Assembly (NCBI GenBank): GCA_035693125.1
Contig: DASSHB010000031.1
Location: 29,864 to 93,863, forward strand
Direction: 5' to 3'
Origin: Candidatus Limnocylindrales bacterium
Lineage (GTDB): Bacteria; Chloroflexota; Limnocylindria; Limnocylindrales; CSP1-4
Length of the DNA: 64,000 nt
Made by a program: the position numbers and the translations under genes. Below, in pieces: positions 51,067 to 59,979 of this stretch (the stretch's first letter is position 1; every line of letters begins with the position of its first letter). Below the pieces are notes generated by a model. The model worked only from the letters and a program-made list of their open reading frames with translations, did no database searches and was not told the DNA's origin.

Positions 51067-53372
51067 CGGCGCTCGAACCGAATCGTGACGAGGCGCGCGC
51101 CGAGCCGCCGGGCCTGGCTGCGGATGAATGCGTCCGGCGCGACGCCGGCGGACCGCAGCGGGATGCGCTCGCCGAAGGGGCCGCCGCCCTCGCGGACCCG
51201 GACGCGATCGAGCCCCGCTCCCGCCCATGCCGGATCGATCGCGATGCCGCCGGCCACGGTCGCCTCGACGCCGGCGCCCACCCGGGAGATCGCGACGATC
51301 CCGGGCCGGGTGAGACGCAGGACGCCCTCGATCGCGACGATCCGCTCGCCCCCGAACGCCGAGCCGTCGTCGGCCGCCAGCACGACTCGGATCCCGGTCC
51401 CCACGACCCCACGGCCGCCGACGACGGCCCGAGACGGCGGGCGCTCGGAGACATCGACCATCGCGCTGAGGGCGCCGAAGCCGGCTCCGACATGAAGGCG
51501 GGCTCCCGCTCCTCCGTCGACCTCGATCGCGAGCGACCGAAGGGCCGCCGCGGCATCGGCCGCGCCGCCGCGATCCGGTGCCAGCGCGGTCACGACGGCC
51601 GAGGCGAGGAGTCGCCGGCGGTCCGATGGGCGGCCCTCCTGGGCCCACGGGTGGACCGAGCGATCGTGGACGAGGTTCATCCGGCCGCGGCCCGCGGCCG
51701 ACGAGCCGACCTCATCGAAGCCGTGGAGGGCGCGGATCGCCACCACCCGGCCGTCGCCGGCGACGCGGACGACCTGGCCGGCCTCGTCGAGCACCGTCGC
51801 GGGCTCGTCGGGGCCGTCCATCCCGAGGGCCGGCCCGCCGTCGCGCAGCCGAACCTCGGCTCCGGGCCGGACGGCATGGATCCGGACCTCGAGCGGACCG
51901 AGCAGGACGACGACCGTCCGGACGCCCGTCCGCCGCGGCGTCGGCAGGTCGTAACGGCTCACGATCCAGCCCGGACCGGCGCTCCCGGCGCGCGACTCAT
52001 TGCGATGGGCGAACCGCTGGATCGTGCCGTCGGTCGCCTCGATCGTCGTCAACGCGTCGTCGGAGCCGGCGCTCGCGCCAGGCTCGACCGGCACGTCGAA
52101 CGGGAACGCGGAGCGGTAGGCGAGCTTTCCATACGTGGCCGCGTAGTCGTGCTCCGCGATGTCGGCCGGGTGGCCGGTCCGGGCGTTGTGGAGCGTCGTC
52201 CCGGCGGTCGTTCGCGCCGCCAGGAGGCCCGCCGCCGCTGCGGCGACGAGCGGGGGAGCGGTCGTCGCGTCGCCTGCCGGCACGGCTGCGGCCCAGAACG
52301 CGTCGGTCGCCGGCAGCGCGAGCGACACGAACGCATGGGCAGCCCAGGCCGAGGCGCCGGCCGAGACGTAGCCCTCGACGACCTCCGGCCGCTCGCCCGC
52401 GACGCCGACCCGGAACCAGTCGGTCGCCGGGTCGAGGGCATCCTCGGCCAGCCCGTGCCGGCCGATCCGCCCGACGATCAGCCGGGCGGCCCCGGGCGGG
52501 AGCGGATCGATCCCGAGCAGGGCGGCTTGGGCGAACGGTGCGGCAATCGCGAATCGGTAGCCGAGGGATCGACCGAAGCGCGGGAAGCCGCCGTCCTCGG
52601 CGACGAGGCTGGCGGCGAAGCGGAGCCAAGCGCGGGCGCGCCGCCGGATGTCGGCCGCGAGGCGCGGACGCCGAGCCCCGTCGAGTGCGGCCCACCACAG
52701 GAGGTGCCAGTGGATCGCCCATCCGCTGTAGAGATCGAGGGCGTGGCCGGCGCCATCGCTCGTCCAGCCGTCACCGACCGTGTGCTCGACCATCCAGTCC
52801 AGGGCGCGGTCGACGGCTGCCACGTCGATGGGGCGACCGGCCGCTCGCCGGACGAGGGCGGGAACGACGGGGAACAGCACCCAGTTGTCCGGCCAGAGGT
52901 CCTTGCCGTCGACACCCGCCAGCCAGTCGAGGCAGCGCTCGAGGGCCTTCGGATCCAGGGCCTCCAGGGCGGCTCGGAGTCGGTCGCCACCCAGCCACAG
53001 CGCCGTTGCGATCTCGGCCGCCTCGACGATCCGCTGGTCGCGATCGCGGATCGGACCCCACCAGGCCGGCCCGGACGGATCGGTCGCATCGCGCAGCCCG
53101 CGGGCAAGCAACCGGGCCACGTCGTGCTCCCGGCCCGCCCACCGGATCGCCCCCGGGTTGGACGGCTCGCGGAGCCACGCGCCCCACGCGACGCTCATTC
53201 GGGCGAAGCCTTCGATCGCCGGCACCGGGTCGTCCGCCGGCGCACCCGGCAGGGCGGCCCTTGCCGGCGAGCCGCCGTCCGGGATCGAGCGGACGAAGCC
53301 GTCGGTGAGGCGGGCGAGGAGCGCCACCCAGTCGGACCGCGACCCGCCGAAGGACACCGGGGGCGTGCTCAC
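51063..53372 (-). CDS. DUF2264 domain-containing protein (putative glycan-processing enzyme)
   Basis: GTG at 53372 (VSTPPVSF) overlaps the upstream stop. The N-terminal region ..WVALLARL..IEGFARMSVAWGAWL.. resembles DUF2264, and there is a long C-terminal beta-rich extension. Confidence 0.65.
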   Translation of the reverse strand: MSTPPVSFGGSRSDWVALLARLTDGFVRSIPDGGSPARAALPGAPADDPVPAIEGFARMSVAWGAWLREPSNPGAIRWAGREHDVARLLARGLRDATDPSGPAWWGPIRDRDQRIVEAAEIATALWLGGDRLRAALEALDPKALERCLDWLAGVDGKDLWPDNWVLFPVVPALVRRAAGRPIDVAAVDRALDWMVEHTVGDGWTSDGAGHALDLYSGWAIHWHLLWWAALDGARRPRLAADIRRRARAWLRFAASLVAEDGGFPRFGRSLGYRFAIAAPFAQAALLGIDPLPPGAARLIVGRIGRHGLAEDALDPATDWFRVGVAGERPEVVEGYVSAGASAWAAHAFVSLALPATDAFWAAAVPAGDATTAPPLVAAAAAGLLAARTTAGTTLHNARTGHPADIAEHDYAATYGKLAYRSAFPFDVPVEPGASAGSDDALTTIEATDGTIQRFAHRNESRAGSAGPGWIVSRYDLPTPRRTGVRTVVVLLGPLEVRIHAVRPGAEVRLRDGGPALGMDGPDEPATVLDEAGQVVRVAGDGRVVAIRALHGFDEVGSSAAGRGRMNLVHDRSVHPWAQEGRPSDRRRLLASAVVTALAPDRGGAADAAAALRSLAIEVDGGAGARLHVGAGFGALSAMVDVSERPPSRAVVGGRGVVGTGIRVVLAADDGSAFGGERIVAIEGVLRLTRPGIVAISRVGAGVEATVAGGIAIDPAWAGAGLDRVRVREGGGPFGERIPLRSAGVAPDAFIRSQARRLGARLVTIRFERR

Positions 53373-54634
53373 GAGCCGTCCAGCGCCACGCGGTAGACCG
53401 CTCGAACGCCGGTCTTGTCGCTCGTGAACAGGATCGAACGGCCATTCGGGCTGACGATCGGATGAGGGTGGTCGTCCTGGCTCGACCAGCTGCTGCCATG
53501 GGCCACGATCGGGACCGCGACGGCCCGCCTCGTGAGCCAGTCCACCTCGAGCCGTGTGATCCATCGACCGCCGTCGTCCTCGGCCGGAGCGTCGGCGCCA
53601 TCGATGCGCGTCGGACGCCACGGCTCGCGGCCGCGAACGTGTTCGTCCGGCGCCGGAGCGCCATCACCGCCCGGATCGGCGATTCCGTCGGTGACGAACG
53701 TCCGGAGGTCGCGGGCGGCCAGGTGTCCGTATCGAACGGGTCCCGGGGGCAGCGAGACCTCGGTGACGAGTCCGTCGGCGAGCATGATCCGGCCCACGAA
53801 CGCCCGGCCGCCCCCAGCCGGCCCGCGTGACACGCCGTGGTAGACGACGGCGCCACCGTCGCGCGTGAACGTCTCGTGCTCGACCTCGTCGGCCGCGTGG
53901 ATCGGGGCGTCCGTCCAGGCGTGCTCCGGCCGGCGCAGCGGACGGACGCCGCGCTGGTCCCGGAGCCACATCCGGCGGAGCCCCGAGTCCTCGGCCCACT
54001 CGTGGTTGAACAGGATCGTCGACGGCTCGCCCGGTCGGAACTGGACGTGGGTGACCCAGCCGCCCGGGACCTCGACCTCGTCGACGATGCCCCCAACCGT
54101 CGTGTCGACGACGAGGATCCGGCTGACGAGGCCCAGGCGCCGGACCGTCGCATCGATCGCGTGGAGATCGGCGAATGCGGTCGCATCCACGATCGGCACG
54201 CCGTAGCGCTCGCCATCGGACGACAGCGCCCCGTAGCCCGTTACGACGCCCGGCGGCAGCTCCGCCAGCCGGTCGGCCCGGCCGTCGAGGCCGACGCGCT
54301 CGATCGACCGGCCGTGGACGAGCACGATCCGCTGCGCCACCGGGCTGAAGGCGACGCTGCCGGGCGCGATCCCGCGCTCCGGATGGCCCCCGAACGTGAC
54401 GTAGGCCCGGGCCACGCCATCGACGTTCCTCGTGAGCGGCCGAGCGTCGCCGGAGGCCAGCTCCACGGCGAAGACCTGGAGCGACGCGTCCGGGTCATAG
54501 GGTCCGCGGGCGGGCCGGTCGCGGTCGCCGAGGACGACGAGGCAGGCGCCGTCGGCGCTGAGCGAGGGTCCCGTGAAGTACAGATGCTGGGCGTTCCACG
54601 GGCCGTGAGTCAGTCGCTCCAGCGTGGCGGTCAT
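53369..54634 (-). CDS. Oligogalacturonate-lyase-like (PL22) / TolB-like beta-propeller protein
   Basis: Start MTATLERL at 54634. ..HLYFTGPSLSADGACLVVLGDRD...LQVFAVELASGDARPLT.. and the C-terminal ..HPHPIVSPNGRSILFTSDKTG.. are typical of this propeller family. Confidence 0.6.
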   Translation of the reverse strand: MTATLERLTHGPWNAQHLYFTGPSLSADGACLVVLGDRDRPARGPYDPDASLQVFAVELASGDARPLTRNVDGVARAYVTFGGHPERGIAPGSVAFSPVAQRIVLVHGRSIERVGLDGRADRLAELPPGVVTGYGALSSDGERYGVPIVDATAFADLHAIDATVRRLGLVSRILVVDTTVGGIVDEVEVPGGWVTHVQFRPGEPSTILFNHEWAEDSGLRRMWLRDQRGVRPLRRPEHAWTDAPIHAADEVEHETFTRDGGAVVYHGVSRGPAGGGRAFVGRIMLADGLVTEVSLPPGPVRYGHLAARDLRTFVTDGIADPGGDGAPAPDEHVRGREPWRPTRIDGADAPAEDDGGRWITRLEVDWLTRRAVAVPIVAHGSSWSSQDDHPHPIVSPNGRSILFTSDKTGVRAVYRVALDGS

Positions 54635-55497
54635 GGCGGCGACCCGCCGCGTTCGACCGCCTGGGTCACGTGCTCGCGGAGCCAGGCCTGGGCTGGCGGC
54701 AGGGCCACCGCCGCGGGCTCGAGCTCGTCGTGCCAGGCCCGCTCCCATTCGAGGCTGATCGGCGGAAGGTCGACCCCGTCGGCAGCGACCGCGCGGACGA
54801 GGCCCGCCAACGCGGCGTCGATGGGCACGTCGCCCGCCCCCAGGTCTCCGAGACGCCACGTGCCGTCGCGACCGGTCCCGTCCTTGACCTGGACCCAGGC
54901 GATCCGACCGCGGTAGGCAGCGAGCCCGGTGTCGGGCGCCTCGCCGACGGACCACGCGTTGCCGATGTCCCAGACCACGCCGAGGCGGGCGTCCGGCAGG
55001 GCATCGAGGATCGGCCGGATCGACTCGGCGTGGACGTGCTCGTCATGCGGCTCGATCGCCACGACGACGCCGCTGGCCCGGACGCGCTGGAGGAGATCGT
55101 CGAGGGCCTCGATGGCGCGTCGTTCGAGGACCGCCGGCGATCCGTCGTCGTCCCGCTCGCCGAGGAAGACGCGGATCGCCGGCGCTCCCAGATCCGCGGC
55201 CAGCTCGGCGTGGGCGACGGCATCGGCGACCGACGCCCGGACCACCGCCGGATCACCGCTGACGAGGTTCGTGTACGTCGTCACGGCGATGGAATCCAGC
55301 CCGGCGCTCGCCATCGCCGCCCGGACCGTCCGACGTCGCTCCGCGGTCCAGTCGACGCTGACCGTCCCCTCCGGGCCGCCGCGCCATTCCACGCCGTCCC
55401 AGCCGCCGGCAGCCGCCCGCTCGATGACCGTCGTCGCGGCCCACTCGGGGCAGGCGAGGGTGCTGAACGCCAGACGCGGACGGCTCGTCCCGCTCAC
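54631..55497 (-). CDS. Sugar-phosphate isomerase/epimerase (xylose-isomerase-like TIM barrel; EryC/LerI-like family)
   Basis: GTG at 55497 (VSGTSRPRLAFSTLACPEW). Motifs ..GWDGVEWRG.., ..IRVFLG.., VVVAIEPHDEH, VVWDIGNAW and ..ISLEWE.. Confidence 0.8.
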   Translation of the reverse strand: MSGTSRPRLAFSTLACPEWAATTVIERAAAGGWDGVEWRGGPEGTVSVDWTAERRRTVRAAMASAGLDSIAVTTYTNLVSGDPAVVRASVADAVAHAELAADLGAPAIRVFLGERDDDGSPAVLERRAIEALDDLLQRVRASGVVVAIEPHDEHVHAESIRPILDALPDARLGVVWDIGNAWSVGEAPDTGLAAYRGRIAWVQVKDGTGRDGTWRLGDLGAGDVPIDAALAGLVRAVAADGVDLPPISLEWERAWHDELEPAAVALPPAQAWLREHVTQAVERGGSPP

Positions 55498-55533
55498 CTT
55501 GACATCATACGTCTGACCACTTACGGTCGGGCC
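55498..55533. promoter_or_regulatory. 36-bp divergent control region with overlapping, apparently leaderless promoters and the 13-mer motif
   Basis: + strand: TTGACA (55499-55504), 17 nt, TACGGT (55522-55527), 6 nt, GTG 55534. - strand: TATGAT (55510-55505), 6 nt (55504-55499), then GTG whose first base is 55497. ATCATACGTCTGA (55504-55516) sits in the middle. Confidence 0.5.
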
Positions 55534-57882
55534 GTGGTCGAGGGCGGCGCGCGGGACGTCGAGCGGGTCGAGGCCGTCGTGATCGGCGGCGGCGTCGTGG
55601 GCTGCGCGGTCCTCCTGGAGCTGGCGCTGCGCGGCGTCGAGGCGCTCCTCGTCGAGGCCGAGAATGACCTCGGCGAGGGCACCAGCAAGGCCAACAGCGC
55701 GATCCTCCACACCGGTTTCGACGCGAAGCCCGGAACGATCGAGGCTCGCCTGCTGCGGCGGTCCGCCGAGCGCTGGCCGGGGCTACTCGAGGACCTCGGC
55801 GTTCCGTCGTTGGCCTGTGGTGCCCTGATGCTGGCGCGCAGCGCCGCCGAGGCGACCGGCCTCGCCGAGGTCGCCGCCCTTGCGCGTGCCCACGGAGTCC
55901 GGGTGGAGCTGGTCGACGGTCCGTGGCTGCGGGATGCTGCCCCGTACGTGACCCCGGCCGCGGTCGGCGCCCTGCACATCCCCGACGAGGGGATCGTCGA
56001 CCCGTTCTGGCTCACGCGGGCGTATGCAGAGGCAGCGATCGGGCTGGGGGCCCGCGTTCGGACGCGGGCCCGGGTGACCGGCCTCGCCGTCGACGCGGAC
56101 GCGGTCAGGCTGGCCCTGGCCGACGGCGCGACGATCGTGGCCGGCCACGCGTTCGATGCCGCCGGGCTCCGGGCCGACGAGGTCGCGGCGCTGGCCGGCG
56201 ACACGAGCATCTCGATCACGCCGCGCAAGGGCGAGTTCCTCGTCAGCGAGCGGACCGCGGGCGTCGATCGGATCGTCCTGCCGATCCCGGGCCCGCTCGG
56301 CAAGGGCATGCTCGTGACGCCGATCGTCTTCGGCGGCGTGCTGCTGGGTCCGACGGCGGTCGACGGGACGGACAAGACCGATCGCTCGACGAGCGCCGCC
56401 GGTCGGGCGCAGATCCTCGAGAGCTGCCGGGCGCTCGTCCCCGCCGTCGACGAGATGATCCCGATCCGGAGCTTCGCGGGGCTCCGGCCGGTCTCGAGCA
56501 CGGGCGACTACGTCATCCGCCCCTCGGCCGCGGGCGACCGGCTGACCCTGGTCGCCGGCATCCGCTCGACCGGGATCAGCGCCTCGCCCGGCATCGCCGA
56601 GGCCGCCGTGGACGTGGCCGCCGGGCCGCGCCGCTGGGGCGTCCGCCGGCCGGGGATCCGGCCGTCGGCGGCGGCCCCGGACCTGGCGGCCCAGACCGGC
56701 GCGATCGTCTGTCCGTGCCGCTCGATCGGCGAGGCGGAGGTCGCGGCGGCGCTCGCGAGCCCGACGTCCGTCGCGACGACGGACGCGCTGAAGCGTCGCT
56801 GCGGGGTGGGCTTCGGCGACTGCCAAGGCAACCAGTGCGGGGTCGATGCGATCGGCCGGATCGCGGCCGCGCGCGGGCTCCGACCGGAAGCCGTGGAGAA
56901 GGGAGCCGTCGGCTCCTGGCTCGTGGCCGCGGAGGGCTCGGATGTCGCGCTCGCCGCGCTGGACGGCATCGCGCCCGCCCCTCCGGCCCATCCGCTCCCC
57001 GTTGCCGACCGCACGGACTGGTCGGTTGACGTCCTGATCATCGGCGGCGGCATGAGCGGGATCGGCGCCGCGCTGGCGTTGGCGGACGGCGGCCGAACGG
57101 TGGCGGTCGTCGACCGCCGGTCGTCCCCCGGCGGCGCGCTGCGTACCATCGACCCCGATGCGTGGACCGCCGCCGAGCGCTCAGCGGTCGACCGCTTCGC
57201 GGCCGCGGCGCGAGACGGCCGCATCGGGTGGATCGCGAGCTCGACGGTGGTGGCCCTCGATCGAGACGACGGCCAGTGGCGCGCGGAGATCGCGTCGGCC
57301 CGCGCGGTCTCGACCGCGATCGCCCGCGACGTGGTCCTCGCGAGCGGCGGGTACGTCATGCCGCGCGAGCACTCGGTCGTCGACGGGCCCCGGCCGAGCG
57401 GCGTGATGACGGCCGATTTCGTGGCCGATGCGCTCGATCGCGGCTGGCGGCCGGCTCGTCGGGCGGTCGTCGTGGGCAGCGGGCGGCTGGCGATCGGGGT
57501 CAGACGGCGGCTGGAGGCTGCCGGGATCGACGCCGAGCTCGTCGGCGCCGACCCGGCCGGTGGCTCGGCCGTCAGCGCCATCCGCGGCCAGCCGCGTCTC
57601 GAGGCGGTCGCGATCGACGCCGAGTGGCGGCCAGCGGACGGCCTCGTCCTCGCAGACCGGCTCCAGCCGGCGACGTTCCTGCTGCGCGGCCTGGCGCTCG
57701 GCGACGAACGGCCCGGCATCCCGGCGCCGGTCGACGCCACCGGCGCCCTGGCACTGCCCGGACTGTGGGCCGCCGGGACCTGCGTCACCCCGGACATCGA
57801 TCACACGACGTCGCTCGCGGCCGGGACGGCGATCGCCGGCCACGTCCTCGCCGCGACCGGCGCGCAGCCGGCCCGCGCGTGA
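55534..57882 (+). CDS. Fused GlpA-like FAD-dependent glycerol-3-phosphate-type dehydrogenase + BFD-like [2Fe-2S] domain + second FAD/NAD(P) oxidoreductase domain
   Basis: VVIGGGVVGCAVLLELALRG; BFD-like Cys pattern CPCRSIGEAEV...RRCGVGFGDCQGNQC; second Rossmann VLIIGGGMSGIGAALALADGG and VVVGSGRLAIG; C-terminal GLWAAGTC. Confidence 0.85.
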   Translation: MVEGGARDVERVEAVVIGGGVVGCAVLLELALRGVEALLVEAENDLGEGTSKANSAILHTGFDAKPGTIEARLLRRSAERWPGLLEDLGVPSLACGALMLARSAAEATGLAEVAALARAHGVRVELVDGPWLRDAAPYVTPAAVGALHIPDEGIVDPFWLTRAYAEAAIGLGARVRTRARVTGLAVDADAVRLALADGATIVAGHAFDAAGLRADEVAALAGDTSISITPRKGEFLVSERTAGVDRIVLPIPGPLGKGMLVTPIVFGGVLLGPTAVDGTDKTDRSTSAAGRAQILESCRALVPAVDEMIPIRSFAGLRPVSSTGDYVIRPSAAGDRLTLVAGIRSTGISASPGIAEAAVDVAAGPRRWGVRRPGIRPSAAAPDLAAQTGAIVCPCRSIGEAEVAAALASPTSVATTDALKRRCGVGFGDCQGNQCGVDAIGRIAAARGLRPEAVEKGAVGSWLVAAEGSDVALAALDGIAPAPPAHPLPVADRTDWSVDVLIIGGGMSGIGAALALADGGRTVAVVDRRSSPGGALRTIDPDAWTAAERSAVDRFAAAARDGRIGWIASSTVVALDRDDGQWRAEIASARAVSTAIARDVVLASGGYVMPREHSVVDGPRPSGVMTADFVADALDRGWRPARRAVVVGSGRLAIGVRRRLEAAGIDAELVGADPAGGSAVSAIRGQPRLEAVAIDAEWRPADGLVLADRLQPATFLLRGLALGDERPGIPAPVDATGALALPGLWAAGTCVTPDIDHTTSLAAGTAIAGHVLAATGAQPARA

Positions 57883-57916
57883 GCCACCTGGCGGACGCAC
57901 TGGCGCTCGCCGCCGG

Positions 57917-58378
57917 ATGAGCGTCCTCGCCGACGAGACCGTCGTCGTCCGCGCCCCCCGATCGCGGATCTGGGACGTCTTCGGCGACGCCGGCCTGCTG
58001 GCCCGGGTCCTTCCCGGATGCGAGACGCTGAGCGCGACCGCGGACGGCGCGTTTCGCGGGGTCCTGGCGACGCGCCTCCAGTTCCTCACGCTCCGCGCGG
58101 ACGTGACGGCGACGATCGCCGATCCACGCCCCCCCGAGGCGCTGCGCCTGGAGCTCGACGGGAAGCCGCGCGGGCTCGCTGGCGCGTTCCGAGCGGTGAT
58201 CCCGATCGAGCTGGCCGAGGCCGACGGGGGCACCCGCATCCACTACACGGTCGAGCTGACGACGAGCGGCCGCCTCGCGACCTTCGGCGCGCCGATCCTG
58301 CGCGATTCGTTCCGAAAGCAGGTTGCGGCGCTGATCGCCAACCTCGAGCGGGTGCTCGGCGAGCCGGATCTCGCGTGA
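57917..58378 (+). CDS. SRPBCC / CoxG-family protein
   Basis: MSVLADETVVVRAPRSRIWDVFGDAGLLARVLPGCETL... It is a paralogue of 652..1092, and its stop overlaps the glpK-like start (GTGA). Confidence 0.8.
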   Translation: MSVLADETVVVRAPRSRIWDVFGDAGLLARVLPGCETLSATADGAFRGVLATRLQFLTLRADVTATIADPRPPEALRLELDGKPRGLAGAFRAVIPIELAEADGGTRIHYTVELTTSGRLATFGAPILRDSFRKQVAALIANLERVLGEPDLA

Positions 58379-59952
58379 GGGCGGACCTGGTTCTGGCGAT
58401 CGACGAGGGGACGAGCTCGGCCCGGGCGATCGTCTACGACCCGACCTGGCAGCCGATCGCGACCGCTTCGCGGCGGCTCCGCACGGACCATCCGCAGGCG
58501 GGTTGGGCGGAGCAGGACCCGGATGCGATCGTCAGCGCGGTCGTCGAGGTGGTCGGCGAGGCGCTGGACGCCGTCGGGGGGCCGGAGCGGATCGCCGCCG
58601 CGGGGCTCGCCAACCAGGGGGAGACGGTGGTCGCGTGGGATCGCCACTCCGGCGCCGCCCTGGCGCCCGCGATCCTGTGGTCGTGCCGCCGGAGCCAGCC
58701 GATCGTCGAGCGGGTGGCGACGGCCGGGCACGGACCGCGGATCCGGCAGCTGACCGGCCTGCCGCTGGATCCGTACTTCTCGGCGTCGAAGCTGCGCTGG
58801 TTGCTCGAGACGGTGCCTGCGGTGCGTCGTGCCGCGACCGACGGCCGCCTGGCATTCGGGACGGTCGATGCCTGGCTCACCGCGCGGCTCGGCGCGGGCG
58901 CGGACGTCGCCGCCGGCGCCAGCCCGGCCGCGGGCGCGGCCGCGGCCGCGCGGACCGACCCGTCGACGGCGTCCCGGACCCAGCTCATGGGGCTGGCGAG
59001 CCTCGCCTGGGACGACGAGCTCCTCGGGATCTGGGACCTCGACCGCCGGACCCTGCCCGCGATCGTCCCGACCGTCGGGGACCTCGGGAGCCTCCACCAC
59101 CCATCGTGGGGCGCTGCGCTGCCGTTGCGGGCGATGGTCTGCGACCAGCAGGCGGCACTGGCGGGACAGGCCGGCCAGCGGCCCGGCGCCATCAAGGCGA
59201 CCTTCGGGACCGGCGTCTTCGTCCTGGCGAACGCGGGATCCAGCGTGCCCCAACCGTCCGACGGGATCCTCGCGACCGTCGCCTGGACCGACGCTGCCGG
59301 CCGCCCGACCTACGCCCTCGACGGCGGCGTCTTCAGCGCCGGCTCGCTCCTCGACTGGCTGCATGCCGACCTCGGGATCGTCGATCCGCCGAACGACCTG
59401 GATCGCTTGGCCGGCGAGGTCCCGGATTCGGGCGGCGTCCGGCTCCTGCCAGCCCTCGCGGGGCTCGGCGCGCCCTGGTGGGATCCGGCCGCACGGGTGA
59501 CGCTGACCGGCCTGTCCGCGGCGACCCGTCGGTCGCACCTCGCCCGCGCGGCCCTCGATGCCATCGCCCAGCGGACCGCCGACATCATCGACGCGATGGC
59601 GCCGCTCGCCGGGACCGTCCGGGCCATCGGGGCGGGCGGTGCAGGGCCCCTCCGCGTCGACGGCGGGCTGGCCGCGAGCGATCGGCTCGTCCAGCGCCTC
59701 GCCGACCTGATCAACGGGCGCGTCGAGGTGGCGGCAGACGGCGAGTCCACCGCTCTGGGTACGGCGATCCTCGCCGCGATCGGCGCCGGCCGGATGGACG
59801 ATCAGGAGGCGGCCCGCATTCCTGGCACCCGCCGCACCGTCGAGCCGGCGCTCGCTGAGCCGGAGCGGCGCGCCGAGCGCGATGCCTGGCGCGACTTCGT
59901 CGAGCGCGCCATCGCGCTCTCCCACCCCGCGCCCGGATCCACCCACGATTGA
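58375..59952 (+). CDS. glpK: Glycerol kinase (FGGY family)
   Basis: LAIDEGTSSARAIVYD, GWAEQDP, LANQGETVVAWDRHSG, LDPYFSASKLRWLL, FGTGVF and ALDGGVFSAGSLLDWL match GlpK signatures. An Ala-rich insertion (..GADVAAGASPAAGAAAAART..) is unusual. Confidence 0.75.
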   Translation: MRADLVLAIDEGTSSARAIVYDPTWQPIATASRRLRTDHPQAGWAEQDPDAIVSAVVEVVGEALDAVGGPERIAAAGLANQGETVVAWDRHSGAALAPAILWSCRRSQPIVERVATAGHGPRIRQLTGLPLDPYFSASKLRWLLETVPAVRRAATDGRLAFGTVDAWLTARLGAGADVAAGASPAAGAAAAARTDPSTASRTQLMGLASLAWDDELLGIWDLDRRTLPAIVPTVGDLGSLHHPSWGAALPLRAMVCDQQAALAGQAGQRPGAIKATFGTGVFVLANAGSSVPQPSDGILATVAWTDAAGRPTYALDGGVFSAGSLLDWLHADLGIVDPPNDLDRLAGEVPDSGGVRLLPALAGLGAPWWDPAARVTLTGLSAATRRSHLARAALDAIAQRTADIIDAMAPLAGTVRAIGAGGAGPLRVDGGLAASDRLVQRLADLINGRVEVAADGESTALGTAILAAIGAGRMDDQEAARIPGTRRTVEPALAEPERRAERDAWRDFVERAIALSHPAPGSTHD

Positions 59953-59979
59953 GCTATCGAACGGAGGAGGAGTTCTGTC

